Notes: generated by a model from the sequence alone, not told the origin. A stretch of 64,000 nt of DNA from Sulfolobaceae archaeon (GCA_038893355.1 JAWARQ010000003.1:1-64000); one strand, 5' to 3'; numbered from the stretch's first letter, positions 45,750 to 55,773 are shown. A program made the numbers and translations.

Positions 45750-47282
45750 ATGGCTGGAGAAGGAAAGAAGGGAGGACTATTTGAGAGGTTTTTAAGATGG
45801 CTAGATGAAAGAGTAGGAATTTATGGTCATGTTGCAAGACCTGCTCCTAAATATGCTTATAGACTTGATTACTGGCTGGGCGGATTTGTTTTAGCATCAT
45901 TAGTTTTTGAGATAATAACTGGTGCTATAATAGCATTATATTACACTCCAAGTGACCCCTATAAGTCTACAGTATACTTAATAACTCAAGTACCATACGG
46001 TGCACTTCTCTTTAGCCTTCATAGTTGGGGAGCGTATGTAATGGTCGGTGCGATGCTTATTCACATGACTAGAAATTTCATAGTTGGAGCATATAGACCT
46101 CCAAGGGAAATGATGTGGGTTGTGGGTACTATACTAGCAGGTTTAACATTAACTGAGGCTTATTTAGGCTATTCATTACCTTATAACTTAATATCATGGG
46201 TTGCAACTACTACTGGACTTAATTTATTTAGTTATATGCCATTAAATATTGGATCTTTAATAACGATATTTACTTTAGTAGACCCTAACCAACCTGGAAT
46301 AATGTCAGGCGTAGATCCATTGGTACATAGATTTTTTGTATTTCATTGGATAGTAGGAGGTCTACTTCTCTTAGTCGTTGCTATTCATCTTTACATTTTT
46401 GAAGTTCACGGAATAACACCGCCATTAAGGCAAGTAAAGCCTGGAGCACCAGAATTAATAGACTATTATACTGATAGAATTGAAAGATCTCCAGAATGGA
46501 AATTGCAGCCTCTTATAAGGTCAATAGGATTTGTAGTAATGATATTCCTAGCAACTTTTGCCACAATATTCATAATAGCATCAATATTCCCATTTGATAT
46601 TGCAATTCAAAACGGTAAAATAGTGTACTTAAAGCCAGAGTATAATCCAGTAGAGGCTGCAAACACCCCACCTTTACCAGATTGGTACTTCTTATTCGTT
46701 TATTTCTTCTATAAGGCTACTAATGGTTATAATGCGTCTATAATATTCCTAGGATGGGTAATTGTAACAATACTGTTCCCATTTATAGAAATATACATAT
46801 TTAGACATAAAGGACCACATCCTGCATTAAGGCCTGCAGCAATCTCATTAGGAACCGGATTCATAGTTGCATTTATTGTAAATAGTGTTTGGGCCTATTT
46901 AACGCCAGGCGTTGAAATAGGAACTATAGGGCTTGTGGTTGATGCGATAATTTTCATTGCTTCTTTTGCAGTTTTATGGCCTATTTTAAGGTATAAGATT
47001 CAGCCGAAGTTAAAGTTTATAGAACCACCTATGACCGATGGAGGTACATATATAGGATTAGAAAGACCAAGTATCTTGGATAATAAATTAGTATATCTTG
47101 TAACCAACTCTTCATTAATTCTATCGATAACTATTGTCAATTACTTCTTACTACAACTATTAAGTAGCTTAACATTAGGCTTATTAAGTGCGCAGTTTGA
47201 GATAGGTAAACTTATAGGATTAGAGTTTTTATTAATCTCAGTATTCCTTTACGTTAATATAAGGAGGTTTGGGAGAAAATGA
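45750..47282 (+). CDS. soxG: cytochrome b-type subunit
   Basis: LHSWGA, IHMTR, GYSLP, FHW, IHL, PDWY. Confidence 0.9.
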   Translation: MAGEGKKGGLFERFLRWLDERVGIYGHVARPAPKYAYRLDYWLGGFVLASLVFEIITGAIIALYYTPSDPYKSTVYLITQVPYGALLFSLHSWGAYVMVGAMLIHMTRNFIVGAYRPPREMMWVVGTILAGLTLTEAYLGYSLPYNLISWVATTTGLNLFSYMPLNIGSLITIFTLVDPNQPGIMSGVDPLVHRFFVFHWIVGGLLLLVVAIHLYIFEVHGITPPLRQVKPGAPELIDYYTDRIERSPEWKLQPLIRSIGFVVMIFLATFATIFIIASIFPFDIAIQNGKIVYLKPEYNPVEAANTPPLPDWYFLFVYFFYKATNGYNASIIFLGWVIVTILFPFIEIYIFRHKGPHPALRPAAISLGTGFIVAFIVNSVWAYLTPGVEIGTIGLVVDAIIFIASFAVLWPILRYKIQPKLKFIEPPMTDGGTYIGLERPSILDNKLVYLVTNSSLILSITIVNYFLLQLLSSLTLGLLSAQFEIGKLIGLEFLLISVFLYVNIRRFGRK

Positions 47283-47716
47283 AGATGGAAAGACTTTTTG
47301 AAATTTTGACCATTGTTTTTTCTATAACTGTCCTAGTCATCCTAGGATATATGGCCTACTCTTATTTAATAGTAATAGATAATGGATTATATAATGGACA
47401 GCCTCCTACCAATGTGACCGTAATTAGGGTAATAGCATTCCAATATGGATGGAAATTTATTTATCCTAATGGTACTGTGTCAATAGATACATTAACTATT
47501 AAAGCTAATCAAACTTACCTATTACTTTTAAATTCAACTGATGTAATACATGCATTCTATATCCCTCAGCTAGGATACAAGTTTGAAGCAATCCCTGGCG
47601 AAGAATATAAGATTTACCTAGTAGTTAATAAGCCAGGAACATATGATATTTATTGTGCAGAATTCTGTGGCCCCGGACATTATTTAATGTTAGGAAAGTT
47701 AGTGGTGGTGAGTTAA
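47279..47716 (+). CDS. soxH: oxidase subunit II with CuA centre
   Basis: QYGW, DVIH, CAEFCGPGHYLM. Confidence 0.92.
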   Translation: MKMERLFEILTIVFSITVLVILGYMAYSYLIVIDNGLYNGQPPTNVTVIRVIAFQYGWKFIYPNGTVSIDTLTIKANQTYLLLLNSTDVIHAFYIPQLGYKFEAIPGEEYKIYLVVNKPGTYDIYCAEFCGPGHYLMLGKLVVVS

Positions 47717-47717
47717 G

Positions 47718-48188
47718 ATGCCCAAGTTAAGTGGTACTGATTATGTATTATGGATTTTAATAATACTAGTCTTGTTCTTCGTTTACTTATGGATAGGAAA
47801 TTTTGGAAATTTAGAATTCTTAACCACCTCACCTACATCAACCTATGTAGAAACGTTATGGAAATTAACCTATTTAGCGTCTGGAATAATATTTGCAGTA
47901 TTCATGGGTAGTATAATATTCTTAGCAGCAAGGTTTAGGTTAAAAAGGTCAGTTACTACTGAGAGAAGTCTAATTGAAGAACAGAGAAGAGTAAATAGTT
48001 ATTATGCGTTAGGCCTCGCTTTAAATCTTGTTGCTGCTATATTCATAACCTATATGATATTTAACATTTCGTATAGTTCATTAACGAATTTAATGCAAAA
48101 CCAATTTTTAATAGGATTATTAGTCTCCGCCGATTTAATGGTATTTGCGTCAATAATATATTTAGTTTATAAACAATTTTTTGATTGA
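47718..48188 (+). CDS. soxI: small membrane protein of the sox cluster
   Basis: About four TM helices; position after soxH. Confidence 0.65.
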   Translation: MPKLSGTDYVLWILIILVLFFVYLWIGNFGNLEFLTTSPTSTYVETLWKLTYLASGIIFAVFMGSIIFLAARFRLKRSVTTERSLIEEQRRVNSYYALGLALNLVAAIFITYMIFNISYSSLTNLMQNQFLIGLLVSADLMVFASIIYLVYKQFFD

Positions 48189-48193
48189 TTTTT

Positions 48194-48916
48194 TTAAACT
48201 GAAAGAGCACCAATTATTTCTTTTTCGCTTACATAACCCTCTAAACCAAATGGACTAACGGCAGGAAGAAATCCTATATTTCTCTGGCTCATCAAAAATC
48301 TCGCGTATTCTAAATTTGCGTCTACATTAACTACAATTACACTCGAAGACATTATATAATTTACCTTTATCTCTCTTAAATCTCTTCTTGAGAGAAGTAT
48401 TCTTCCAATATCCTTTACAGATACGACACCTACTGGTCTCCTTTCCTCTACTATTATTGCATGCCTCTGCCAATTGCTTTTTAGAAATTCAATCACCTCT
48501 AAAACTGAGGCATCTCTAACGGTGAGTAAGGGATTTTTACCCATTATGTCTGAGACTTTTACGTTTTGAGGCGCCTTAACATTTCTTACTATATCCCTCT
48601 CAGTAACTATTCCTATTATATTATCCTTACTACCTACTAGTAACGAGCCAATCCCCTTTATTGCCATGAGCTTTATAGCCTCTTTAATGTCCGCATCTGG
48701 AGAAACAAAATACACTTCTTTACTTGAAATTTTTGAAACAGGCTCATTAAGATTTTGCCAAGAGTATACTATATCCCTTATAGTAACTATCCCTTCCCCT
48801 TTACCTATTACTAGCCTTCTAATATTGTTCCTAATCATTAACTCTAGTGCTTCTATTGCCCTTGTTTCGGGTTTAACACCAATTACATCTTTTGACATTA
48901 TTTCATATACCTTCAT
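48194..48916 (-). CDS. four-CBS-domain protein
   Basis: IRRLV, GIVTIRD, GIVTERD, GVVSVKD, IGFLP. Confidence 0.88.
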   Translation of the reverse strand: MKVYEIMSKDVIGVKPETRAIEALELMIRNNIRRLVIGKGEGIVTIRDIVYSWQNLNEPVSKISSKEVYFVSPDADIKEAIKLMAIKGIGSLLVGSKDNIIGIVTERDIVRNVKAPQNVKVSDIMGKNPLLTVRDASVLEVIEFLKSNWQRHAIIVEERRPVGVVSVKDIGRILLSRRDLREIKVNYIMSSSVIVVNVDANLEYARFLMSQRNIGFLPAVSPFGLEGYVSEKEIIGALSV

Positions 48917-48983
48917 ATTTAATCATATAATATTTAACTTGAATAGGTTAAAGTTTTCTAATCCCTTCTTCACAAATTTTCAT

Positions 48984-49544
48984 ATGGTTAACTTAATAGA
49001 ATATGTTGGTGGAATAAGGAATAATCCCCTAAAACTCACATTTATACTAATTTTAGTATTCTCATTTACAAACCCTTGGGTAGAGGATTTGATGTTTTAT
49101 AAACCCTATATATTCATGACTTCCCATTACTCATTAATATTCTCTGGAATACTTACTGGTAGTTGGTTCTTTAAGGGTAATAAGTTCCTAATAATTTTAG
49201 GAATAATTCCAATAATTTTATGGCATATACCATTACCATGGTTTTTATCATCTATTAATTACTTTTATAGAATTTTAAGTGAAATCACATTATGGCTTGG
49301 AGGTTTATTAGTCGGGATTTCCATTAAGGAATTGAAGTTAGTGTTTAAGATTGTTCTTTTAGCCCTTTGGATGCTGGGGGATACTGGACTATCTATACTT
49401 TTCCTAGTAGGAAATAATAGTTATTTGACCCCATATTATAATTTAGGAGACTTGCAGATCACTGGTGCAGTCATGTTCGTACTTATGAATTTGTTTCTAA
49501 TATATATCCTTGCTATTTGGTTTAAGAAGTATTTCCAGATTTAA
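48984..49544 (+). CDS. DUF1404 (CtaG-like) membrane protein, second copy
   Basis: NPWVE, MTSHYSL, WHIP, WMLGDTGLSI, MF..MN; start moved to ATG 48984. Confidence 0.75.
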   Translation: MVNLIEYVGGIRNNPLKLTFILILVFSFTNPWVEDLMFYKPYIFMTSHYSLIFSGILTGSWFFKGNKFLIILGIIPIILWHIPLPWFLSSINYFYRILSEITLWLGGLLVGISIKELKLVFKIVLLALWMLGDTGLSILFLVGNNSYLTPYYNLGDLQITGAVMFVLMNLFLIYILAIWFKKYFQI

Positions 49545-50256
49545 AATTAAATTTACATAAATTTTTATAATTTATCGATAATGCTATTAATGTAACGATA
49601 GGTAAGAGTATGTATAATAATAAAAGGACTGGGCCATATGAGGATAATATAGCTATTTGTGAGAGTGGTAGATAGCTTAAAAGAATTGAAGGAATACTTA
49701 GACAACAACTAGCACCACTGATAACCCCTATAGTAGGTACTACTACTATCATTCTGAATTTTTTCGAAAATTTCCAAATTTTCAGAATCTCTAATATACT
49801 GGAAGTAACTAGAATGGAGATAATAGCACCAGTAAATATACTAAAGAAGGATAATTCTATTATGAAAATAGGAGGAATAGTAATTAATATTGATGGTGAG
49901 AAAAATATATTTATTAAAAATGTTTGAAGGTCTGCAGGAAAGGGAGATGTCGTAAGAAATATTGAAAAACTACTTGTTATTACTGTTATTAAGTTTATAT
50001 TATAAATCCAACTTAATATTCTCTCTAAAGCAATACTGTATATAAAGTAATGAGTTATTATATAAGGTATAAAAATAGACCAAGTAATCATTTTTTTAGA
50101 ATTAAATAAAATTTCTTGAATGGATTGCTTAAGAGGATAGTATAACAAGAAGGTTACTAGACTAATCCAGAATATTAAACTTCCTATTAAATCTGAAAAT
50201 GCTCTTATCATAAACCCTGCAATCATTAAGGTTATTAAAATTCCTCTAATTTTCAT
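49522..50256 (-). CDS. membrane protein with SCCL motif, second copy
   Basis: SGASCCLSIPSI, SPSI, IELS and LLP features shared with 40954-41688. Confidence 0.65.
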   Translation of the reverse strand: MKIRGILITLMIAGFMIRAFSDLIGSLIFWISLVTFLLYYPLKQSIQEILFNSKKMITWSIFIPYIITHYFIYSIALERILSWIYNINLITVITSSFSIFLTTSPFPADLQTFLINIFFSPSILITIPPIFIIELSFFSIFTGAIISILVTSSILEILKIWKFSKKFRMIVVVPTIGVISGASCCLSIPSILLSYLPLSQIAILSSYGPVLLLLYILLPIVTLIALSINYKNLCKFNFKSGNTS

Positions 50257-50359
50257 TAGTATACTCTAACTTTTGTAAATTTAAACTTTTCTTTTAAAAC
50301 TGAATTCTTTTAAGCTTTCTCCAAATAGTTCATATAAGCGAAGTTTTGAAATTAATAAT

Positions 50360-51094
50360 ATGGAAAAGATAGCGATTGTAACTGGGGCTTCAAAAGGAAT
50401 AGGATATGCAACTGTACTTGAACTTGAAAAGCATAATTACATAACTGTAGCAATTTCGCGCACTGAACCTACAGTAGGGAAGGTAAGTTATAAGTTAGAT
50501 GTTACTGAAAAGGATAAAGTATTTGATGTTGTAAATGAGATTATAGAAAAATTTGGTAAAATAGATGTATTGGTAAATAATGCAGGATTTGGAATATATG
50601 GTGAATTTGTTGAGACTTCGCTAGAAGAGGAGGAGTATATGGTTAAGACTAACTTTTTAGGAGTGCTCTATTTTACTAAGGCCGTATTGCCTCATATGAT
50701 AAAGAGAAAGCAAGGAAATATTATTAACATTGTTTCTGAAGCGGCTTACATTGCTCTACCTAAACTTTCAGTATATTCTGCAACAAAGGCTGCAGTAGCA
50801 CACTTTACTAATGCCTTATGGGCGGAGGTCAAGAAATATGGAGTAAAAGTATCTGGAGTTTATCCTGGACCGGTAAATACTAACTTCACTTCCCACCCAT
50901 CGTTCAGAAAGTCAAAAAATACGTTATGGAAATTATCAATCTCTCCAGAAAAGGTTGCTAAAGCTGTTATTAAGGCAATAAAAACCGGTAAGAGAGAAAT
51001 ATATGTGCCCTCAAAACTTTTAGTTGATCCTTATTTCCTAAAACTAAGTTATACTTTTCAATCTTTAATATATACAATATTAAGTAAATTCTAA
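50360..51094 (+). CDS. short-chain dehydrogenase/reductase
   Basis: TGASKGIG, NNAG, YSATK. Confidence 0.92.
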   Translation: MEKIAIVTGASKGIGYATVLELEKHNYITVAISRTEPTVGKVSYKLDVTEKDKVFDVVNEIIEKFGKIDVLVNNAGFGIYGEFVETSLEEEEYMVKTNFLGVLYFTKAVLPHMIKRKQGNIINIVSEAAYIALPKLSVYSATKAAVAHFTNALWAEVKKYGVKVSGVYPGPVNTNFTSHPSFRKSKNTLWKLSISPEKVAKAVIKAIKTGKREIYVPSKLLVDPYFLKLSYTFQSLIYTILSKF

Positions 51095-52114
51095 AATTTT
51101 TTCTTCTTGAAGAAGTAAAGATAATTTTGGTGGTAAATCTTGAAGAGAAGTAAAGATAATTTTAGGCTTTGAGTAATTTAATAAAGATTCTAGACCACCA
51201 GAAAGAATAAGTTGATAAATAAATTCAACACCAGAGTTAGTGAAGGCAGTGATGTAGAGAAAATTTGGTTCTCCCTTTATTTGAATGTTTTGATTATATA
51301 ATTTAATTATATAAGAAAATTCTGAATAAAAATTAGAGTAATTTTCATTACCGAAATTTAGATACGGGGGAAGCTGGATATACTTTAAATTCATTCTATC
51401 AGCTAAGGACTTGTATGTCACAATAAACTGAACCCCATTATTCTCTAGTACTGTTAATGCCTCTAAATCGGATGAAAACTCTATTGCACAGCTATTAATA
51501 AGGCATCTTTGTAGGTAATAAGAAGAGTTTTTATAAAATATTTCCCCAGCAGCCTCTAATATTAGTTTGAAGTAAATTCCAGTAAAGGATGATAAAGGGT
51601 TAACACTCCCAATTTTTACTAGGCCAGATGTTATATAGTCAAAGAAACCCTTCATAGAGAGATTGCTATTAATTAAATAATTATATTCTTGACCATTAGT
51701 AGCAAATACCACTTCATCAGTACCGAGTAAAATTACCCACTTCACCTTTTTAGGATAGATTAGATCATAGAATCCATTTGAAATTATAATATCTGGTGTA
51801 AAATTGACTAAGCTGTTTAATAAGATTATATTATTTAAATTAATAAAAGTATAATTTTTTAATATATTACTTAATAAAAGTGAGTAGGGCTGAGAGATAT
51901 AAATGGTTAAGTTTAATCTCGGATTATTCTTAAAAGTTGTAGTAGATGTTATTTGAATTTTAGAATTTTGATTATTAAATAAACTACTAAATATTGTCAT
52001 ATCAATCACAGCTAATAATATAATAAAAATTAAGATTAATATTAAAGTTTTATTTTTTATTATTATCATTATCTTCTTATAATTCACTTTCTCTTTACAC
52101 CTTCTATTATCCAA
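51080..52114 (-). CDS. ModA/WtpA-like substrate-binding protein (start probably ATG 52069)
   Basis: N-terminal TM anchor; YKSLA and YIQLPPYLNFG resemble tungstate/molybdate binders; no ABC partners adjacent. Confidence 0.6.
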   Translation of the reverse strand: MDNRRCKEKVNYKKIMIIIKNKTLILILIFIILLAVIDMTIFSSLFNNQNSKIQITSTTTFKNNPRLNLTIYISQPYSLLLSNILKNYTFINLNNIILLNSLVNFTPDIIISNGFYDLIYPKKVKWVILLGTDEVVFATNGQEYNYLINSNLSMKGFFDYITSGLVKIGSVNPLSSFTGIYFKLILEAAGEIFYKNSSYYLQRCLINSCAIEFSSDLEALTVLENNGVQFIVTYKSLADRMNLKYIQLPPYLNFGNENYSNFYSEFSYIIKLYNQNIQIKGEPNFLYITAFTNSGVEFIYQLILSGGLESLLNYSKPKIIFTSLQDLPPKLSLLLQEEKILEFT

Positions 52115-52719
52115 TATCCTTTTCTCTGTATTATTTTAATTACTTCAAATTTATAAGAGAGAACTTTTATAGCTTGAAGGGGATCTGCCCCACCTTTTAT
52201 AATATCCCTTAATATTAAGTACACCCTTTTACCTCTCTTTAATATCCTATTAACCTCTCTTATTATCTCATAATCAAGAATTTCAAATATAATAACTCCA
52301 TCAAAACAGTTATCTCTAAAAGGGAATGGGAAAATTCCTCTTACGGTATTACCATCATTAGTATCAGTTCCAAGATATATCCCATTATTTAATAACTTAT
52401 ATCCTATTTGAAGAAGCTTATTAGGATTTACGATAGGCCTAATTTCAGATAGAAAGTTCATTATATCTTCTTTTTTTAATAATATTTCATTATTAACACT
52501 ATTTCCAAATAAAACCACTTCCTCTGCAATTCCCTTTAATATACTCAATTCCCCAATAAGTGCTTTTTCGACTATTAGTCTTTTAGGCCTCATTTTTAAT
52601 AAGGAGGAAATCTTATCTGGAAGTATATCGTATTCTCTTCCTTCAGAATCAATAGCCTTAATTGCACCAAGGATCGTATTGCCGTATTCGTTATTATAGA
52701 GTAACCTTAACTCATCCAC
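52084..52719 (-). CDS. methyltransferase-like protein (partial Rossmann motif)
   Basis: FPFRDNCFDGV...EVNRILKRG. Confidence 0.55.
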   Translation of the reverse strand: MDELRLLYNNEYGNTILGAIKAIDSEGREYDILPDKISSLLKMRPKRLIVEKALIGELSILKGIAEEVVLFGNSVNNEILLKKEDIMNFLSEIRPIVNPNKLLQIGYKLLNNGIYLGTDTNDGNTVRGIFPFPFRDNCFDGVIIFEILDYEIIREVNRILKRGKRVYLILRDIIKGGADPLQAIKVLSYKFEVIKIIQRKGYWIIEGVKRK

Positions 52720-52749
52720 AACTTAAAAATATATTCTGGGAAAATATTT

Positions 52750-53133
52750 TTAGCTGGAAATATCAAATAATGCTTTTGATATATCTGTTATGGCAAACAT
52801 TCCTATAATTTTACCATCTTTCCCTCTTACTGGTAAATGTCTTATCTTATGTTCTGCCATAATCCTTATTGCTTCAAAGACGTCAGTATCTTCATCTACA
52901 GTTATTATATTGCCTATCGTTGAAGCTAATTTCACCTCATCATTAGGATCAAGACCCATTGAAATAGCTCTAACAGCATCTCTATCAGTAAAAATCCCTA
53001 TAGGCTCGCCCTGCCTGGTAACTATTACTGAGCCAACCTTTCTCTCTATCATTAATTTGCATACTTCTCTCAAACTAGTATTCTCCTCTACTTGAAATAT
53101 AGGTGATGACATATATTTTTTTACTTGCCTCAT
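52750..53133 (-). CDS. CBS-domain protein
   Basis: GIFTDRD, IRHLPV. Confidence 0.88.
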   Translation of the reverse strand: MRQVKKYMSSPIFQVEENTSLREVCKLMIERKVGSVIVTRQGEPIGIFTDRDAVRAISMGLDPNDEVKLASTIGNIITVDEDTDVFEAIRIMAEHKIRHLPVRGKDGKIIGMFAITDISKALFDISS

Positions 53134-53141
53134 AACTTAAT

Positions 53142-53819
53142 TTAATCAGATTTTTCCCAATAAGCTTTCAATTGAACTCTTTTAGGTTCACCATACTTTA
53201 TTACATCTTCTATGACATTGCGTAAAAACTCTTCATCCTTTACTCCCCTTATTAACCAATAATCATTTACTATCATAGCAGGAACTCCCTTTATTCCTTT
53301 AGCCTTAGCATCTTCTTCGTCTTCAATAACAGCAAATTTTGCTTCTTTAGACTTTAGATCTTTAGCAAACCTTTGAACATCTAATCCTATTTTTTTAGCA
53401 ATATCTAATAATACGTACTCATTAGTTATATCTTCACCCTCAAGGAAGAATCTATCTTGAGCCTCATCAAAAAATGCCCAATGCATATCATCACCGCCCT
53501 GGAATTCTGCAGCTTTGCAACCTAATTGTGGTGGTAGTGACCAGATATATGTAAATTTACTTTTCCTTATAACCTTCTCAGGATCGTAATCACTAAAGTA
53601 CTTCTTTACAATTTCGAATTCTCTCTTTATAACCTCTTTAGCGTCTTCAGGTGTTGGTGCAATTTCTTTTATATCTTGAAGGTCTGGAATTATCATAAAT
53701 GATTTATGTTTTACTCTTACTAATCCATTGAAATCCTTTATGACCCTTCTTAATCTTTTAGACATTACATAACAGTAGGGGCATATTACATCATGATAGA
53801 AAGTGATAGTTACTTGCAC
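53142..53819 (-). CDS. DsbA/FrnE-family thiol oxidoreductase
   Basis: HDVICPYCY; GVP cis-Pro loop. Confidence 0.85.
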   Translation of the reverse strand: MQVTITFYHDVICPYCYVMSKRLRRVIKDFNGLVRVKHKSFMIIPDLQDIKEIAPTPEDAKEVIKREFEIVKKYFSDYDPEKVIRKSKFTYIWSLPPQLGCKAAEFQGGDDMHWAFFDEAQDRFFLEGEDITNEYVLLDIAKKIGLDVQRFAKDLKSKEAKFAVIEDEEDAKAKGIKGVPAMIVNDYWLIRGVKDEEFLRNVIEDVIKYGEPKRVQLKAYWEKSD

Positions 53820-53859
53820 AGAATATCATTATCCGACTTCGAAAATTAAAATTAACCTA

Positions 53860-54462
53860 TTAAGTCTCATCCCTTAACCTCTTTGAGATTCTATCAGCTT
53901 CCTTCAATACTCTAGGATATCCAGAGCTTTCATTAGCAATACGTAATACGTCATCTAAATCAGTTTTATGCCCAATACTATAATAAAATTTATTTACTTT
54001 TATACCAACTTTAATATTATTAACAATAATATATTCAATATTATTTTCAATTTTAATATTACCATATAATTTAGATTTTGCGACACCAATAGTTGGAAGA
54101 TCTTGTAAAACTCCTATAACTGTAGCAATACCAGCCATTCTAGGATGAGCTAAACCATGCCCATCAACTAGTACTAAATCACACTTTGAATTATCTAAGA
54201 GGGAAAGCATTAATGGCGCTTCTCTCATAAATAGATAGCCCGGAATGTAAGGAAATTTAACCTCACCTTTAACGTACCTATAAGTGAAGCTATTACTAGC
54301 CAAATCATGACTGACACATACTGCATACCCTACTTCACCCTTATAAGCTACATCCAATCCGCAAATTACCTTAACATTCTCTAGGCCTAGGTGAGAAATT
54401 TTTACATTATTTCTTATTAATCTTTGAATTTTTGTAGCAAAATTTATAATATACTCTTCCAA
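53860..54462 (-). CDS. nfi: endonuclease V
   Basis: GLDVAY, PYIPGYLFMRE, VDGHGLAHPR, TIGVAKS. Confidence 0.92.
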   Translation of the reverse strand: MEEYIINFATKIQRLIRNNVKISHLGLENVKVICGLDVAYKGEVGYAVCVSHDLASNSFTYRYVKGEVKFPYIPGYLFMREAPLMLSLLDNSKCDLVLVDGHGLAHPRMAGIATVIGVLQDLPTIGVAKSKLYGNIKIENNIEYIIVNNIKVGIKVNKFYYSIGHKTDLDDVLRIANESSGYPRVLKEADRISKRLRDET

Positions 54463-54917
54463 TTACCCTTCACCATAGACCATAATCTTATTAAAAACAT
54501 CTCTTGTTCATAAGTTTCTATTGCTCCAGGCCTATAACTTCTTACTTCTTCTATTGCACTAAATGCATCAAAGTTTTCAGTAACCATTAAATACCCTGCA
54601 ATAATAGTCCCAGTTCTTCCAATTCCGCCTACACAATGTACTAGATTTCCATGATCTTTTAATAACCACCTAATGATTTCCTTAAACTGCTCTAGTGTAG
54701 GGGGATAGCCATTAGGTATTGGTTCATGTAAAACTTCTAGACCTTTATTTTTAAGGATTGAAAAGTAATAATCTCTATCACCCCATGCTTCCTCTATCTC
54801 CCAATCCTCTGCTAATACTAATACTCTCTTAACCCCATTACTCTTCCACTCCTCAATATCATACTCAGAGTAAGGCATAGAGGAACCACCTATCTTCCCC
54901 TTCCTTACCCAATAAAT
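54444..54917 (-). CDS. dual-specificity protein-tyrosine phosphatase; probable ATT start at 54917
   Basis: P-loop HCVGGIGRTG; frame extends upstream as IYWVRKGKIGGSS behind SD GAGGTGA. Confidence 0.88.
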   Translation of the reverse strand: MYWVRKGKIGGSSMPYSEYDIEEWKSNGVKRVLVLAEDWEIEEAWGDRDYYFSILKNKGLEVLHEPIPNGYPPTLEQFKEIIRWLLKDHGNLVHCVGGIGRTGTIIAGYLMVTENFDAFSAIEEVRSYRPGAIETYEQEMFLIRLWSMVKGNWKSIL

Positions 54918-54993
54918 CTTTCATCACCTCTCAGAAGATCCGCTGAAATTCACCTAATCAATTTATTAAATGTTAAGAGTAAAATATAAAGTT

Positions 54994-55773
54994 ATGAAGA
55001 GATTATCTACTGGAATACCAGAATTTGATAAGCTAATACAAGGCGGAATACCCCAGAACTTCTTTGTAGCAGTGACCGGAGAGCCAGGGACTGGTAAGAC
55101 TGTATTCTCACTACATTTCATAGCTAAGGGTTTAAAGGACGGAAATCCTTGTATTTACGTAACTACTGAAGAGAGCAGAGACTCAATAATAGCTCAAGCA
55201 AAGCAGTTCGGCTGGGATTTTGAAGAACATTTAGAGAAGAGGTTAATAATAATAGATGCATTAATGAAGGAAAGAGATGATAAATGGTCCATAATTGATT
55301 TAACTCCAGAAGAGCTCGTAAATAAGGTTATAGAAGCAAAACAATACTTAGGAAAAGGCGAAGCAAGGCTTGTAATTGATTCAGTAAGTGCCTTATTTTT
55401 GGATAAGCCTGCTATGGCTAGAAAAATTACCTATTATCTTAAACGGGTATTAAATAAATGGCATTTCACTATCTATGCAACCTCTCAGTATGCTATAACC
55501 ACCTCCTCGGCGTTTGGATTTGGAGTAGAACATGTAGCTGATGGTATAATAAGGTTTAGGAGATCTATAAAGGAAGGGAAACTTAGGAGATTCATTATGA
55601 TAGAGAAAATGAGGCAAACAGACCATGATAAGTACTTATGGGAAATAGATATTGTAGATGGGAAAGGGATTATATTACTCGGAAAGGTAGAGAAAAGAAG
55701 AGAAGATTTTGCACTACCAGAAAAGGTTATGGAAAGAATAAAGAAGTCACAAGAAGAAAACGAAATCACTTAA
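54994..55773 (+). CDS. KaiC-like / aRadC RecA-superfamily ATPase
   Basis: LSTGI..FD, GEPGTGKT, YVTTEE, VIDS, EHVADG, IEKMR; start at ATG 54994 (ORF extends to 54970). Confidence 0.88.
   Translation: MKRLSTGIPEFDKLIQGGIPQNFFVAVTGEPGTGKTVFSLHFIAKGLKDGNPCIYVTTEESRDSIIAQAKQFGWDFEEHLEKRLIIIDALMKERDDKWSIIDLTPEELVNKVIEAKQYLGKGEARLVIDSVSALFLDKPAMARKITYYLKRVLNKWHFTIYATSQYAITTSSAFGFGVEHVADGIIRFRRSIKEGKLRRFIMIEKMRQTDHDKYLWEIDIVDGKGIILLGKVEKRREDFALPEKVMERIKKSQEENEIT

Noticed and set aside
42290-47045. Similar PP-M-x-DG motifs in the SoxM linker and SoxG tail as a processing signal
   Set aside because: Only a few residues match; cannot be distinguished from chance.
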